A DNA stretch of 46,549 nucleotides from a bacterium. Its GTDB lineage: Bacteria > SZUA-182 > DTGQ01 > JAFGSM01. Numbering within the stretch: position 1 is the stretch's first letter; each line of letters opens with the position of its first letter. The position numbers and the translations under genes are program-made. The notes below the pieces were generated by a model. It had not been told where the DNA came from. It ran no database searches and saw only the letters and a list, made by a program, of their open reading frames with translations. Positions 38,421-46,549 of this stretch are shown here, in pieces. The DNA is taken from assembly GCA_049472315.1 (NCBI GenBank), contig JBLIRN010000022.1, positions 1 to 46,549 of the forward strand, read 5' to 3'.

Positions 38421-39513
38421 ACGTTTACGTTATGCACGGGAGCGGATAGGGCTCACGCTGTCCAAGGTGGCGGAAAAGGTGGACATCGGCGTTTCCTCCC
38501 TCTCGGAATTTGAAAATGGCAAGCGTGAGCCGAGCATGAGGCAGCTCCAGGCATTGTCCAAACTGTACAGAAGGCCGATCAGTTTCTTTTTCTCAGAAGG
38601 GGAGATAGCAAGTGAGATAGTGCTCTGGCGGCAGCAGCCGGAAAAATCGACTAGGCAGGAACTGGAGGATACATTCGTCACCCTGTGCGAGCAATATCAT
38701 AATCTCGAATCATGGTGTGGGGATATCTTCCCCTGCCGTTTGCCTGCGATAAGGAGCGAGCATGAAGGATTTGGTTATCCGGATGCTGAAAATCTTGCCT
38801 ATGAGGTACGCAAAACACTCCAGCTTGGCGACTACCCGGCACCTGCCCTGTTACGCATCCTTGAAGAGGTATGCGGGATCAAGGTCTTCCATCTGGCATT
38901 CGATCCTTCAGGGTGTGCTGCCTGCACGGTGAGCGGGACATTCGGGATGGCAATTCTATTGAACAAAAAGAATGTCCGATGGCGGCGGAATTTTGATCTG
39001 GCTCATGAACTTTTTCACTTGCTCACCTGGAAAATATTTAGAAAAACGATACCCAGCGACCTTACGTTACCTGGTGAAAAGGAAGAACAGCTTGCTAATA
39101 TCTTTGCGAGCAATCTTCTCATGCCGGAAGAGGTTTTGAAAAATGCCTTTGATTTCCTCGTGCGCAATAATACCATTGCATTTTCATCTCTGTCTGATAT
39201 TGCACGGCAATTCGACGTATCTATCGAGGCGCTCATCTGGCGTCTTACCAGTCTTCGGAGGCTTGATCGAAAACATGCCGAGGAGGTGATCGATCGGTAC
39301 AAAACGCCTTACACCATCTATGAAAAAAGGAAGGATGAAGAGCCTCCGGAAAGGCCTGAGCGTTACGTTGCCCTTGCGCTAAAGGCACTTCGCACAGGTG
39401 AGATTTCCATCGGCCGTTTTGCTGAATATCTTGGAATTTCACGCCGTGAAGCAAGCAGCTATATTGAGCAAGAATTCAATGAAAATGAAGAAATTGCGGT
39501 TGTTGCTCCTTGA
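38407..39513 (+). CDS. XRE-family HTH fused to an ImmA/IrrE (COG2856) zinc metallopeptidase
   Basis: IGERLRYARE...SLSEFENGKREP HTH; RNFDLAHELFH (HExxH); EQLANIFASNLLMP; C-terminal EISIGRFAEYLGIS. GGAGG precedes ATG 38407. Confidence 0.92.
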   Translation: MSIGERLRYARERIGLTLSKVAEKVDIGVSSLSEFENGKREPSMRQLQALSKLYRRPISFFFSEGEIASEIVLWRQQPEKSTRQELEDTFVTLCEQYHNLESWCGDIFPCRLPAIRSEHEGFGYPDAENLAYEVRKTLQLGDYPAPALLRILEEVCGIKVFHLAFDPSGCAACTVSGTFGMAILLNKKNVRWRRNFDLAHELFHLLTWKIFRKTIPSDLTLPGEKEEQLANIFASNLLMPEEVLKNAFDFLVRNNTIAFSSLSDIARQFDVSIEALIWRLTSLRRLDRKHAEEVIDRYKTPYTIYEKRKDEEPPERPERYVALALKALRTGEISIGRFAEYLGISRREASSYIEQEFNENEEIAVVAP

Positions 39514-40015
39514 TGCGAATGTGGTTATTAAGCTTTTTGAGTTAGATCTATGGGATGCTGTTGTTGAAAAATGCGAAATAATCCTTTCTCGTACGGTTGC
39601 TGAAAACGAGGTACAATTTTTTTATAAAAACGGATTGCAGGAGGAGATAGATCTTTCCTCATATGTAAATCAAGGCGTTGTTGCCATTGTTGATGTAACA
39701 ACGAGTGATGTTATTGAATTCCGCAACCGGTTTGACCCGACGTATCTCGATAGACTCGATGTTGGTGAAACGGAATCGCTGGTTTATTTATTGGGAACGG
39801 AGGAAGATTATTTATTTTCCTCCGGCGATTCAATTGTATACGAGGTTCTTGGGCGATTGAATCGAGGCGAGCAAGGGATCTCCTTGGAGGAAATTTTACA
39901 AAGGATTGGATATGGTAGAAAATTGCCTAATGAATATACATATGCATTCAGGAAAAAATGGACCAATATGGGCCAACAAGAGTTCATTACCGGTATTGGA
40001 CTGAAGAAATGCTGA
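39485..40015 (+). CDS. PIN-like domain protein, partner of the XRE-metallopeptidase
   Basis: LLLDANVVI, TVAENEV, LDVGETESL, SSGD. ATG 39485 overlaps the upstream gene by 29 bp. Confidence 0.75.
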   Translation: MKKLRLLLLDANVVIKLFELDLWDAVVEKCEIILSRTVAENEVQFFYKNGLQEEIDLSSYVNQGVVAIVDVTTSDVIEFRNRFDPTYLDRLDVGETESLVYLLGTEEDYLFSSGDSIVYEVLGRLNRGEQGISLEEILQRIGYGRKLPNEYTYAFRKKWTNMGQQEFITGIGLKKC

Positions 40016-40051
40016 TTCATGCCAAGATTTTTGCGATAGGCAATGACAGGG

Positions 40052-40297
40052 CAGATGGATAATCAAAGCATTAATGGCTATATCGTCGCTAACAGCTTTC
40101 TTGAAAATCCACCCCAATTTTACAGCGGACTCTGTTTCATTGGACCCTACCTCACCCCTTCCCATAATCACAACCTCATCATATACAGCCACCGGAATAT
40201 ACACCTCAGAGAATAATTCCCTCAACAGATCAAGCTGTTCTATCCGAGATAATCCTATAGGACAGCTACTATCCGCTACCACTTGAAAGACCTTCAT
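40052..40297 (-). pseudogene. Truncated DUF3368/COG2405 PIN-domain toxin-like gene
   Basis: VVADSSCPIGLSRIEQLDLLRELFSEVYIPVAVYDEVV. Resemblance stops after about 82 codons, before the expected GE motif; the rest of the track ORF runs antisense into the PIN gene. Confidence 0.75.
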
Positions 40298-40683
40298 TTT
40301 TTAACTTTTTTCCGGTAGGCTGTTATTGCACGTTGATCTCTTTCAAAATCCTTTTCATTATACTCCCATGGCGAGATATTGTGTTCTTTCAGAAACTCCA
40401 TAAATCTATTGCGACTCATTCCGGCCATTTCTGTTGCCTTTCCAAGTGAGATGGATCTTTCCTGAAACAAAAGGACAGCAAGAGATAATTTTAATCTCTA
40501 AGGGTTTAATTCCCCGAAGCTTGCTTCGTTAATATGATTAAGTTCATTTTTGATACCCCGCAGCTTGCTGCGGGGAGGCTTCATTTTCTTACTAATTTCC
40601 CCTGGCTTATCCGCACTCCTCATCACGAATAGTATGTCTTGCGGGAGCTCTATCTCTATCGTTTCAGTTTTTATTGTTTCCAT
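40294..40683 (-). pseudogene. UPF0175-family antitoxin-like gene interrupted by a 90-bp insertion
   Basis: METIKTETIEIELPQDIL...ISKKMK, then the insertion with a TAG, then LSLAVLLFQERSISLGKATEMAGMSRNRFMEFL...KKVKK. Removing 40490-40579 restores a 99-aa ORF. Confidence 0.85.
40490..40579 (-). mobile_element. Short palindromic non-autonomous element (REP/PATE-like, probably mobilised by an IS200/IS605 HUH transposase)
   Basis: Two related subterminal hairpins, CCCCGCAGCTTGCTGCGGGG (40556-40575) and CGAAGCTTGCTTCG (40515-40528). It interrupts a gene cleanly, with no terminal inverted repeats and no clear target duplication. Confidence 0.72.
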
Positions 40684-41155
40684 TCTTTACCCCTCTTTTC
40701 CCTCGTGGAAAGCGTACATAAGATTTCTTCGGCCTCGGACACCGAAGCCATTTGAACCAATGTAAGAGTACGCAAAACCTGGCTTCATTATTATTCTGAT
40801 TATAGTATATCTCTGTATAAACGACAAATAAATTTACCGCTCCCTTTTTTTCCGAATTGCAGGGATAATGACAGGGAGCGGCTGTTGGGGACCCATGATT
40901 GATGATCTCGCAACAAGTCTGAATCGTTGAAAATTATGCTGTATGGAGATGAATTTAATGCGCCTATTTTTAAGATATTGTCTTTTGGCTAGATTCAAAA
41001 TGACCTTCTATGGCGACATCATGACCAAGAGCACCGAAGTCTTCGGTTGAAGTCTCGAAGATTGAATATGGTATACAGCCCATATTATCCGGCGGTCGTT
41101 ATGAATATGGCATGGCCTTATGATCGCCACGGCCACCTTGTGATCCATTTAGAGG

Positions 41156-41668
41156 TCATTTTTCAAGAAGGAAGCGCCACCTGCAGAACATGTCCTTGGG
41201 ATGGGGATCAGGGGGGGCGAACAGGCACTCCACGCGGATGCGCTCGTCGATAACCCGGGCGAAGCTTTCGAATTCGCCCCGGTGCATGTCCTTGCACGCA
41301 TATTCACCCAATCCGCGCTTAAGTCGGGCCTCCTGGGTGGGGCAGGAGGGTACGGAGATGATCACCCCATCGTCCGTTTCCCGGATATCGTATCCCACCA
41401 GGATGCACCAGGGGAAGAGTCGCTGTGCCTCCACGAATCCCTTGAGCCCTCGTTCTCGGATATCGAAACGGGCGACCAGGTCCTTGGCCGCCATCCCCGA
41501 TACCCTGGTCCATACCTGTTCATTGATCTCCTCGGCGGTCTTCTGGTCAAAACGCTCGGCGATATAGATAAACCAGAAGGCATCCACCACCCGGTAGTGC
41601 CAGAGGAGGAATTCGAGGTAACTCTTGAGTTTCGATGCGTCCATTCCCTCAAACACGGTCATATCCAT
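41156..41668 (-). CDS. DUF6125-like protein
   Basis: [38 protein letters not shown]...CRWRF pattern. Confidence 0.7.
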   Translation of the reverse strand: MDMTVFEGMDASKLKSYLEFLLWHYRVVDAFWFIYIAERFDQKTAEEINEQVWTRVSGMAAKDLVARFDIRERGLKGFVEAQRLFPWCILVGYDIRETDDGVIISVPSCPTQEARLKRGLGEYACKDMHRGEFESFARVIDERIRVECLFAPPDPHPKDMFCRWRFLLEK

Positions 41669-41689
41669 AAATTTTCCTCCTTTGCATGA

Positions 41690-42598
41690 TCACTGGTAGG
41701 GCTCGATATGCACCACAACGTCAAGGACATCCGGTCCCTTCTCCAGGAGCTCGTATTTCACCCTTTCCGAGATATCGTGCCCCTTTCTCACGGTCATGCT
41801 TCCGTCCACCAGGATGTGCAGGTCCACGAAGATACCGGCGCCGCTCCTTCTGGTACGGATGGCGTGCACGCCCTTCACACCTTCTATGCGGGAGGCGATG
41901 GCGTGGATGGTCTCGCAATAGTTCCTGGGTGCCCCGGCATCGGAGAGCTCGGACAGGGAGGGGGCGATGATGTCCCAGGAAATCTTTAGGATAAAGACGG
42001 ATACGAGAAAGGCACCGATATTGTCGACAAAGGCGAGCCGGGGATCGATGAGGGCCACGCCGACCGCAATGAGGGCGGGCACGGAGCTTAGCGCATCCGA
42101 CCGGTGGTGCCACGCATTGGCGAGCACCGCGGAGGACTGTGTCCTCTTCCCCACCGCCACCGTCCACCGGTACAGGGCCTCCTTTAATACGATCGACAGG
42201 AGCGCCCCGGTGATGGCGATCCATCGGGGCTGCTGAAGGGACATCCTCCCGAAGGGGATCAAGGCATTCAGGGCGATGCCGATGGCTGCGAACCCGAGAA
42301 CAAGGCCGATGCTGGCGGTGATGATTGCCTCGATCCTCTTGTGCCCGTATGGATGATTTGCATCGGCGGGCGCAGACCAGACGCGTGCCCCAAGCAGCAC
42401 GGCGCAATCGGTGCCCATATCGGAGAGGCTGTGAAAGGCGTCGGCCACCATCGCCCGGCTGTACCCCAGGATACCCACCGTGAATTTGAACAGGGAGAGG
42501 AATACATTGACCGCAAGGCCGATCCAGGTGATCCTGAGAATTCTTGAGGTATTCTGGAGATTGATATCAGGGTGTAATTCGCCCCGAAGACCATCCAT
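41690..42598 (-). CDS. Cation diffusion facilitator (FieF-like) transporter
   Basis: ADAFHSLSD, HPYGHKRIE, ANAWHHRSD, VDLH, VVVHIEP. Start could also be 42622. Confidence 0.93.
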   Translation of the reverse strand: MDGLRGELHPDINLQNTSRILRITWIGLAVNVFLSLFKFTVGILGYSRAMVADAFHSLSDMGTDCAVLLGARVWSAPADANHPYGHKRIEAIITASIGLVLGFAAIGIALNALIPFGRMSLQQPRWIAITGALLSIVLKEALYRWTVAVGKRTQSSAVLANAWHHRSDALSSVPALIAVGVALIDPRLAFVDNIGAFLVSVFILKISWDIIAPSLSELSDAGAPRNYCETIHAIASRIEGVKGVHAIRTRRSGAGIFVDLHILVDGSMTVRKGHDISERVKYELLEKGPDVLDVVVHIEPYQ

Positions 42599-43022
42599 GG
42601 TATTGTCTCCAATTTTACCCATATGCCACTATCATTGGTCATGATAGTAGATTTATACCATTCTTACAACCTCATCATGAGAACAGCACGTGGTTTTCGA
42701 CCAGCGCCTCCTTGGTATACTGCGTTAATAGGAGATCCCTCCGCTGACCTTCGAACCCGTCCCTGTTGCGCTTCCATCCAATTGTGCCGATTTCCAGTCG
42801 GTCCCAATGTTTTTCTTTCAGAATATGTCCCACCTGCAAACGGGGAGTTCCTCAGAGAGCTGGCCTTTGGCAGCTCTACTCCAAGCTTATGGTCTTTTGA
42901 GTCTTTCATGTAAATTATCTGTGAATATTTGTCTTGACAAAATTTGAAATTATGCATATTTTTTAATCCAGGAAGGTGATCATATTAATGAGTATATTAA
43001 TCATTTTAAGAGGTGTTTCACG

Positions 43023-43208
43023 ATGCCGACAACAAAAGAATCTGTAATTTCTTTAGTAAAACGTCTACCCGATGATTCCACACTGGAAGATATCATGGAA
43101 CATTTATATGTAAAACAGAAGATATTGAAGGGACAAAAAGAATTAGAGACGGGTCAATTCTATAGTCATGAGGAAGCAAAGGAAATAATGAAAGAATGGC
43201 TAAAGTAA
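43023..43208 (+). CDS. Putative antitoxin of a ParE/RelE module
   Basis: LPDDSTLEDIMEHLYVKQKI...SHEEAK pattern, GAGG SD, overlaps a ParE-like gene. Confidence 0.75.
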   Translation: MPTTKESVISLVKRLPDDSTLEDIMEHLYVKQKILKGQKELETGQFYSHEEAKEIMKEWLK

Positions 43209-43411
43209 GGTGGTCGAAAGGCGCCATCGAAGGTCTAAAAGACATTTGTAGATTTATTGCCTTAGATTCCCCTTTCTATGCCAAGATATTTAATGATAGA
43301 ATATTTGAGATGGTGGAACATTTGGAGACATATATCCATGCCTCCTTCCTCTATTTGTCCAGCACTTCCCGAACCTTTTGCAGAAGCCCGAATGGAGAGA
43401 TCGGCTTGTAG
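43196..43411 (+). pseudogene. Truncated ParE/RelE-family toxin
   Basis: MAKVRWSKGAIEGLKDICRFIALDSPFYAKIF...VEHLETY matches a ParE N-terminus. Resemblance ends at about codon 46 and the ORF then overlaps the convergent kinase. Confidence 0.75.
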
Positions 43412-45333
43412 ATAAAATCGATTCCCTCGTCTTCAATGATGCCTTGCTTGCGTATGAGGTTATAATCATACCCGCTTATGAAAAGTATCCTGATATCGGG
43501 TTTTAGTTTTTTTATCTCTTCATAGGCCTCCTTCCCATTCTTCTTGGGCATGATGACGTCAAAAAGGAGGAGCCGTATTTCATCCTTGTGTTCAAGGAAC
43601 GCCTTGACTGCATCGTCGCCGTTTGTTGCATCGATTACCTGATATCCATGTTCTCCCAGTATGCTTTTGGCTATATTTCTGACCTTTTCATTGTCCTCCG
43701 CCAAGAGCACGGTCTCGGAGCCGTTATACGTTTGCAGCAATCCCTCTTTTTCATCCTCGACCTCGCATTCGGATAATGGAATAAATATCCTGAATTGTGT
43801 CCCTTTATCGGGTTCACTGCTCACCTCGATATATCCGCCATGCCGCGTAATGATTTCATATACCGTGGAAAGACCGAGGCCTGTGCCCTTTCCCACCTCC
43901 TTGGTCGTAAAGAACGGATCGAATATCCTTTCCCTTACGAAACCATCCATGCCGATACCGGTGTCACTGACGGTGATCAATGCATGCCGGCGTGGCCTTT
44001 CTTTGGCATGGTCGGAAAAGCGGCCTTCATCCGATTCCACGGACTCCGTAGTGATCGTAAAGGTCCCGCCGCCGGGCATGGCATCCCGTGCATTGGTTGC
44101 AAGGTTGAAGAGGACCTGATCGATTTGCCCGGCATCTCCCACAATCACCAGATCTTCCTCGGAGAGCATCACATTGAGCTCGATAGCCTCGCCGATCAGC
44201 CTTTCCAGAAGTATCCCGATATCGTCGATATGTCTATTCAGGTGCAACGGCTTGAGCGAAATCGGTTGTTTTCTGCTGTATATCAGGAGGTTCTTGGTCA
44301 GCCTTCCGGCCATGTCCGAGGAATCGAGTATCTCCTTTACATACGGCCTCAAGGGGTCCCTCTCATCCATTTTGAGGTACAAAAGCGCGCCGTTTCCCAA
44401 TATTGTGGTAAGGATATTATTGAAGTCATGGGCCAGTCCACCTGCCAGTGTCCCCACTGCCTCCATCTTTTGCGCATGCCTGAGCCGTTCCCCCAGGTGC
44501 TCCTTTTCCTCATCCCTTCGCTGCAAGGATTCCGCCATATGGTTGACAGCCTGTGCCAGTTTCCCTATTTCGTCCCGTGTCTCCACAGGGACATGTGCGA
44601 CAAAATCTCCCGTCCCCATCGTCTTTACGGCCGATGTCAGTCTCTTGAGCGGGCCGGTTATGCGGCGTGCAATGGCATACGACACGATCAATCCGATAAT
44701 CAAAAAGAAGATCCCAATGAATATGCTCCTGATCAGGAGAACATTCAACCTGTCATCCAGTATGCCCTTGTCCATAGCTATATTCACAAAGCCTATGACA
44801 AGGGCCTTTTTTTGAGGGACCACCTCGGTAAAGAACAGGGCTTCCTGTGTGGAATAGCCGGAATCCGCAACCACCGGTGCCCAGAACTCCATTCCGCCCT
44901 TCTTGTCCAGAAAGATCGGGTCCTTTGACCTGGTGAGCCTTTCGAATATAACACTGAGATCTTTCCCCTCTTTGTACCGTTCCTTCGCATCGAGCTTTGC
45001 TTCTCCCCTTTGCTCCCTGCTGATGAGCCTCCCTTCCCGGTTGAACACCGATACCTCCATAACGCCCTTCTGCTGCAAGATCCCGTTCACAGGCTCCATG
45101 AGCATTTCCTCGCTCTCGGAAAAGACGCCGAGTTTGCAGTTATATGCAAGGAGCCTGGTAAGGATACTTCCTTCATTGACCAGGCCGTCTGTAAGGGATT
45201 TCATCTGATAGTTGATGAAAAAGACGGTGAAGGTGCATGAAATGAATAGTACGAACAGGGAGAAGAGTACAAAGAGCTTAATGCTGAATCGCTCATGAAC
45301 CCGTTCGAGGCATTTCAAAATCCGGTTTGGCAT
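43351..45333 (-). CDS. Hybrid sensor histidine kinase (TM-periplasmic-TM-HAMP-HisKA-HATPase-REC)
   Basis: RDEIGKLA HAMP, QKMEAVGTLAGGLAHDFNN, NLATNARDAM, DTGIGM, FDPFFTTK, GTGLGL, REC (LAEDN, FDVIMP). Confidence 0.96.
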   Translation of the reverse strand: MPNRILKCLERVHERFSIKLFVLFSLFVLFISCTFTVFFINYQMKSLTDGLVNEGSILTRLLAYNCKLGVFSESEEMLMEPVNGILQQKGVMEVSVFNREGRLISREQRGEAKLDAKERYKEGKDLSVIFERLTRSKDPIFLDKKGGMEFWAPVVADSGYSTQEALFFTEVVPQKKALVIGFVNIAMDKGILDDRLNVLLIRSIFIGIFFLIIGLIVSYAIARRITGPLKRLTSAVKTMGTGDFVAHVPVETRDEIGKLAQAVNHMAESLQRRDEEKEHLGERLRHAQKMEAVGTLAGGLAHDFNNILTTILGNGALLYLKMDERDPLRPYVKEILDSSDMAGRLTKNLLIYSRKQPISLKPLHLNRHIDDIGILLERLIGEAIELNVMLSEEDLVIVGDAGQIDQVLFNLATNARDAMPGGGTFTITTESVESDEGRFSDHAKERPRRHALITVSDTGIGMDGFVRERIFDPFFTTKEVGKGTGLGLSTVYEIITRHGGYIEVSSEPDKGTQFRIFIPLSECEVEDEKEGLLQTYNGSETVLLAEDNEKVRNIAKSILGEHGYQVIDATNGDDAVKAFLEHKDEIRLLLFDVIMPKKNGKEAYEEIKKLKPDIRILFISGYDYNLIRKQGIIEDEGIDFIYKPISPFGLLQKVREVLDK

Positions 45334-45334
45334 C

Positions 45335-46231
45335 TCAGTGAACCTTTTTGGCTGTCTTGATGAGTTCTTTGTCCATCTCTATGCCCAGCTTTTTTGCCGT
45401 TCTCAGATTGATTGTCAATGCCGCGTCTCTTGCATCGGATGCGGGGATACTCCCTGCATCCGCTCCGAAAAGGATCTTTCCGGCCATCTCCCCGGCCTGC
45501 CTTCCCAGATCGAAGGCATCGATGTTTACCGATGCCAGGGCGCCCATGTCTATAAACTTCTCAGAAAAGGTAAGAAGGGGGATTCTGTTTTCAATGGAAA
45601 AAAGAAACATGAACTCAACCGTCTCACTCGTGACGACGGTTGTATCAGGCAGCATCCATAAGGCGTCTATGGCCTGGCTCATCCCCCCCAACAAAAGCGG
45701 CACGTTCTTTGATTGATGAACTTTCCGTATAATCAGGTTAATACCGGCTCGTTCTGCCGCCTGCGCCGCCTTTTCGACGAAGTATCCGGTTTCTTCAGGG
45801 TCGGACAGGATGCCGATGTTCTTCATATCTGGCATGAGTTTTGTATAAAAAGCCAACTGTACTTCCGGCGAGATATTCATACTCACCCCGGTGATGTTTT
45901 TTTCTCCGGAGAGTATGGAAAGGGGATTTGAAACCATCATATACACAACGGGGATGTCCCTGATCCCTTTAACCAGCAACAGCGCCTTCAGCCCTATGGC
46001 AAGGATGAGGTCGGGTCTTGATCGACGAATGCTTTCAAGGATATCCGGGCCTTGGCCTTCGGAGAGGATCCTTTTCTTAATGGTGCCGTTACACGCACCC
46101 TTGAAGCCTTCCAGGGCGTCCTCGTACGGCCTGACGCCAAGGCTCTGTACCACAAAGATGTCTTGAGAGGCGTGCACTGAACCGAAGCCGAGGATCAAAC
46201 AGATGAATGATATAAGCAGTGTGTTTCTCAT
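45335..46231 (-). CDS. ABC-type substrate-binding protein (COG2984-like), no adjacent permease
   Basis: Signal peptide, DLILAIG, NITGVS, DALWMLPD, GRQAGEMA, INLRTAKKLGI. Confidence 0.85.
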   Translation of the reverse strand: MRNTLLISFICLILGFGSVHASQDIFVVQSLGVRPYEDALEGFKGACNGTIKKRILSEGQGPDILESIRRSRPDLILAIGLKALLLVKGIRDIPVVYMMVSNPLSILSGEKNITGVSMNISPEVQLAFYTKLMPDMKNIGILSDPEETGYFVEKAAQAAERAGINLIIRKVHQSKNVPLLLGGMSQAIDALWMLPDTTVVTSETVEFMFLFSIENRIPLLTFSEKFIDMGALASVNIDAFDLGRQAGEMAGKILFGADAGSIPASDARDAALTINLRTAKKLGIEMDKELIKTAKKVH

Positions 46232-46497
46232 CTTCCAAAACGATCAGGGTGTTTAAACGTCATTTTGTGTAACGGAGTAAACAATAGAGAACATAGAGAA
46301 CATGTATAAAAAATTCCAATGAATATCACTGAATTCAGAAAGACCTTGACAAATCATCGTATATGATCTAAGTAGTTCGGTACATCTTTTATACGACGGT
46401 TACCGACTAATTATCTGTGTATATAAACCTTATGCTTCGTTGTGATTACCGCATCGTGGTGGTCGGAAAGCAATAACACCGGCTTATAAGGGTAACC

Positions 46498-46549
46498 ATG
46501 AAGACTCGTGTATCAAGGCACATGCCCCTTGTGGTATTGTGCATTATCC
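46498..46549 (+). CDS. Possible start of a divergently transcribed exported protein, truncated by the window edge
   Basis: ATG 46498 gives MKTRVSRHMPLVVLCII, which resembles a signal peptide. Only 17 codons are visible. Confidence 0.3.
   Translation, partial: MKTRVSRHMPLVVLCII

Noticed and set aside
4921..40500. Genome-wide amber recoding suggested by two in-frame TAGs (5002, 40498)
   Set aside because: Conserved genes such as hemC and smpB end normally at TAG, the second TAG lies inside an insertion, and no pyl genes are visible.
42664..42957. 97-aa minus-strand ORF and a second partly open frame
   Set aside because: No recognisable family. It may be a gene remnant but cannot be supported without a search.

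Overview
Chromosomal window from a bacterium that is probably anaerobic and diderm, with Desulfobacterota-like gene content (inference). Core content: a siroheme/tetrapyrrole operon (cysG/sirC-ccsA-hemA-hemC-cobA/hemD); a livHMGF/livK-iorAB-paaK aryl-acid uptake and activation cluster interrupted by a Na/Pi cotransporter; smpB, gpsA and ttcA; DNA-repair genes (endonuclease V, xth, class II photolyase); rubrerythrin, pirin, an FGGY kinase, a CDF transporter and a hybrid histidine kinase paired with a solute-binding protein. AT-richer patches between these genes carry toxin-antitoxin-type modules, most of them damaged: an AbiE pair with an in-frame amber stop in the toxin, an orphan PIN gene, a UPF0175/DUF3368 pair split by a 90-bp palindromic insertion and truncated, and a ParDE-like pair with a truncated toxin. 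One module looks intact: XRE-ImmA/IrrE metallopeptidase plus a PIN-like gene, with a consensus promoter, flanking palindromes and a 42-codon upstream ORF. The most unusual gene encodes a secreted protein with a Tyr/Gly/Gln/Pro prion-like tandem repeat (10 x YGYGPQ) fused to a degenerate chagasin (I42) domain. Other oddities are an FNT-CBS fusion, a REC-MBL fusion, a NfeD lacking its protease domain and a ~100-nt intergenic hairpin. The supplied ORF track labels gpsA (17241..18317) as + strand, but the sequence shows it is on the - strand. All family assignments are from motif recognition; no searches were run.
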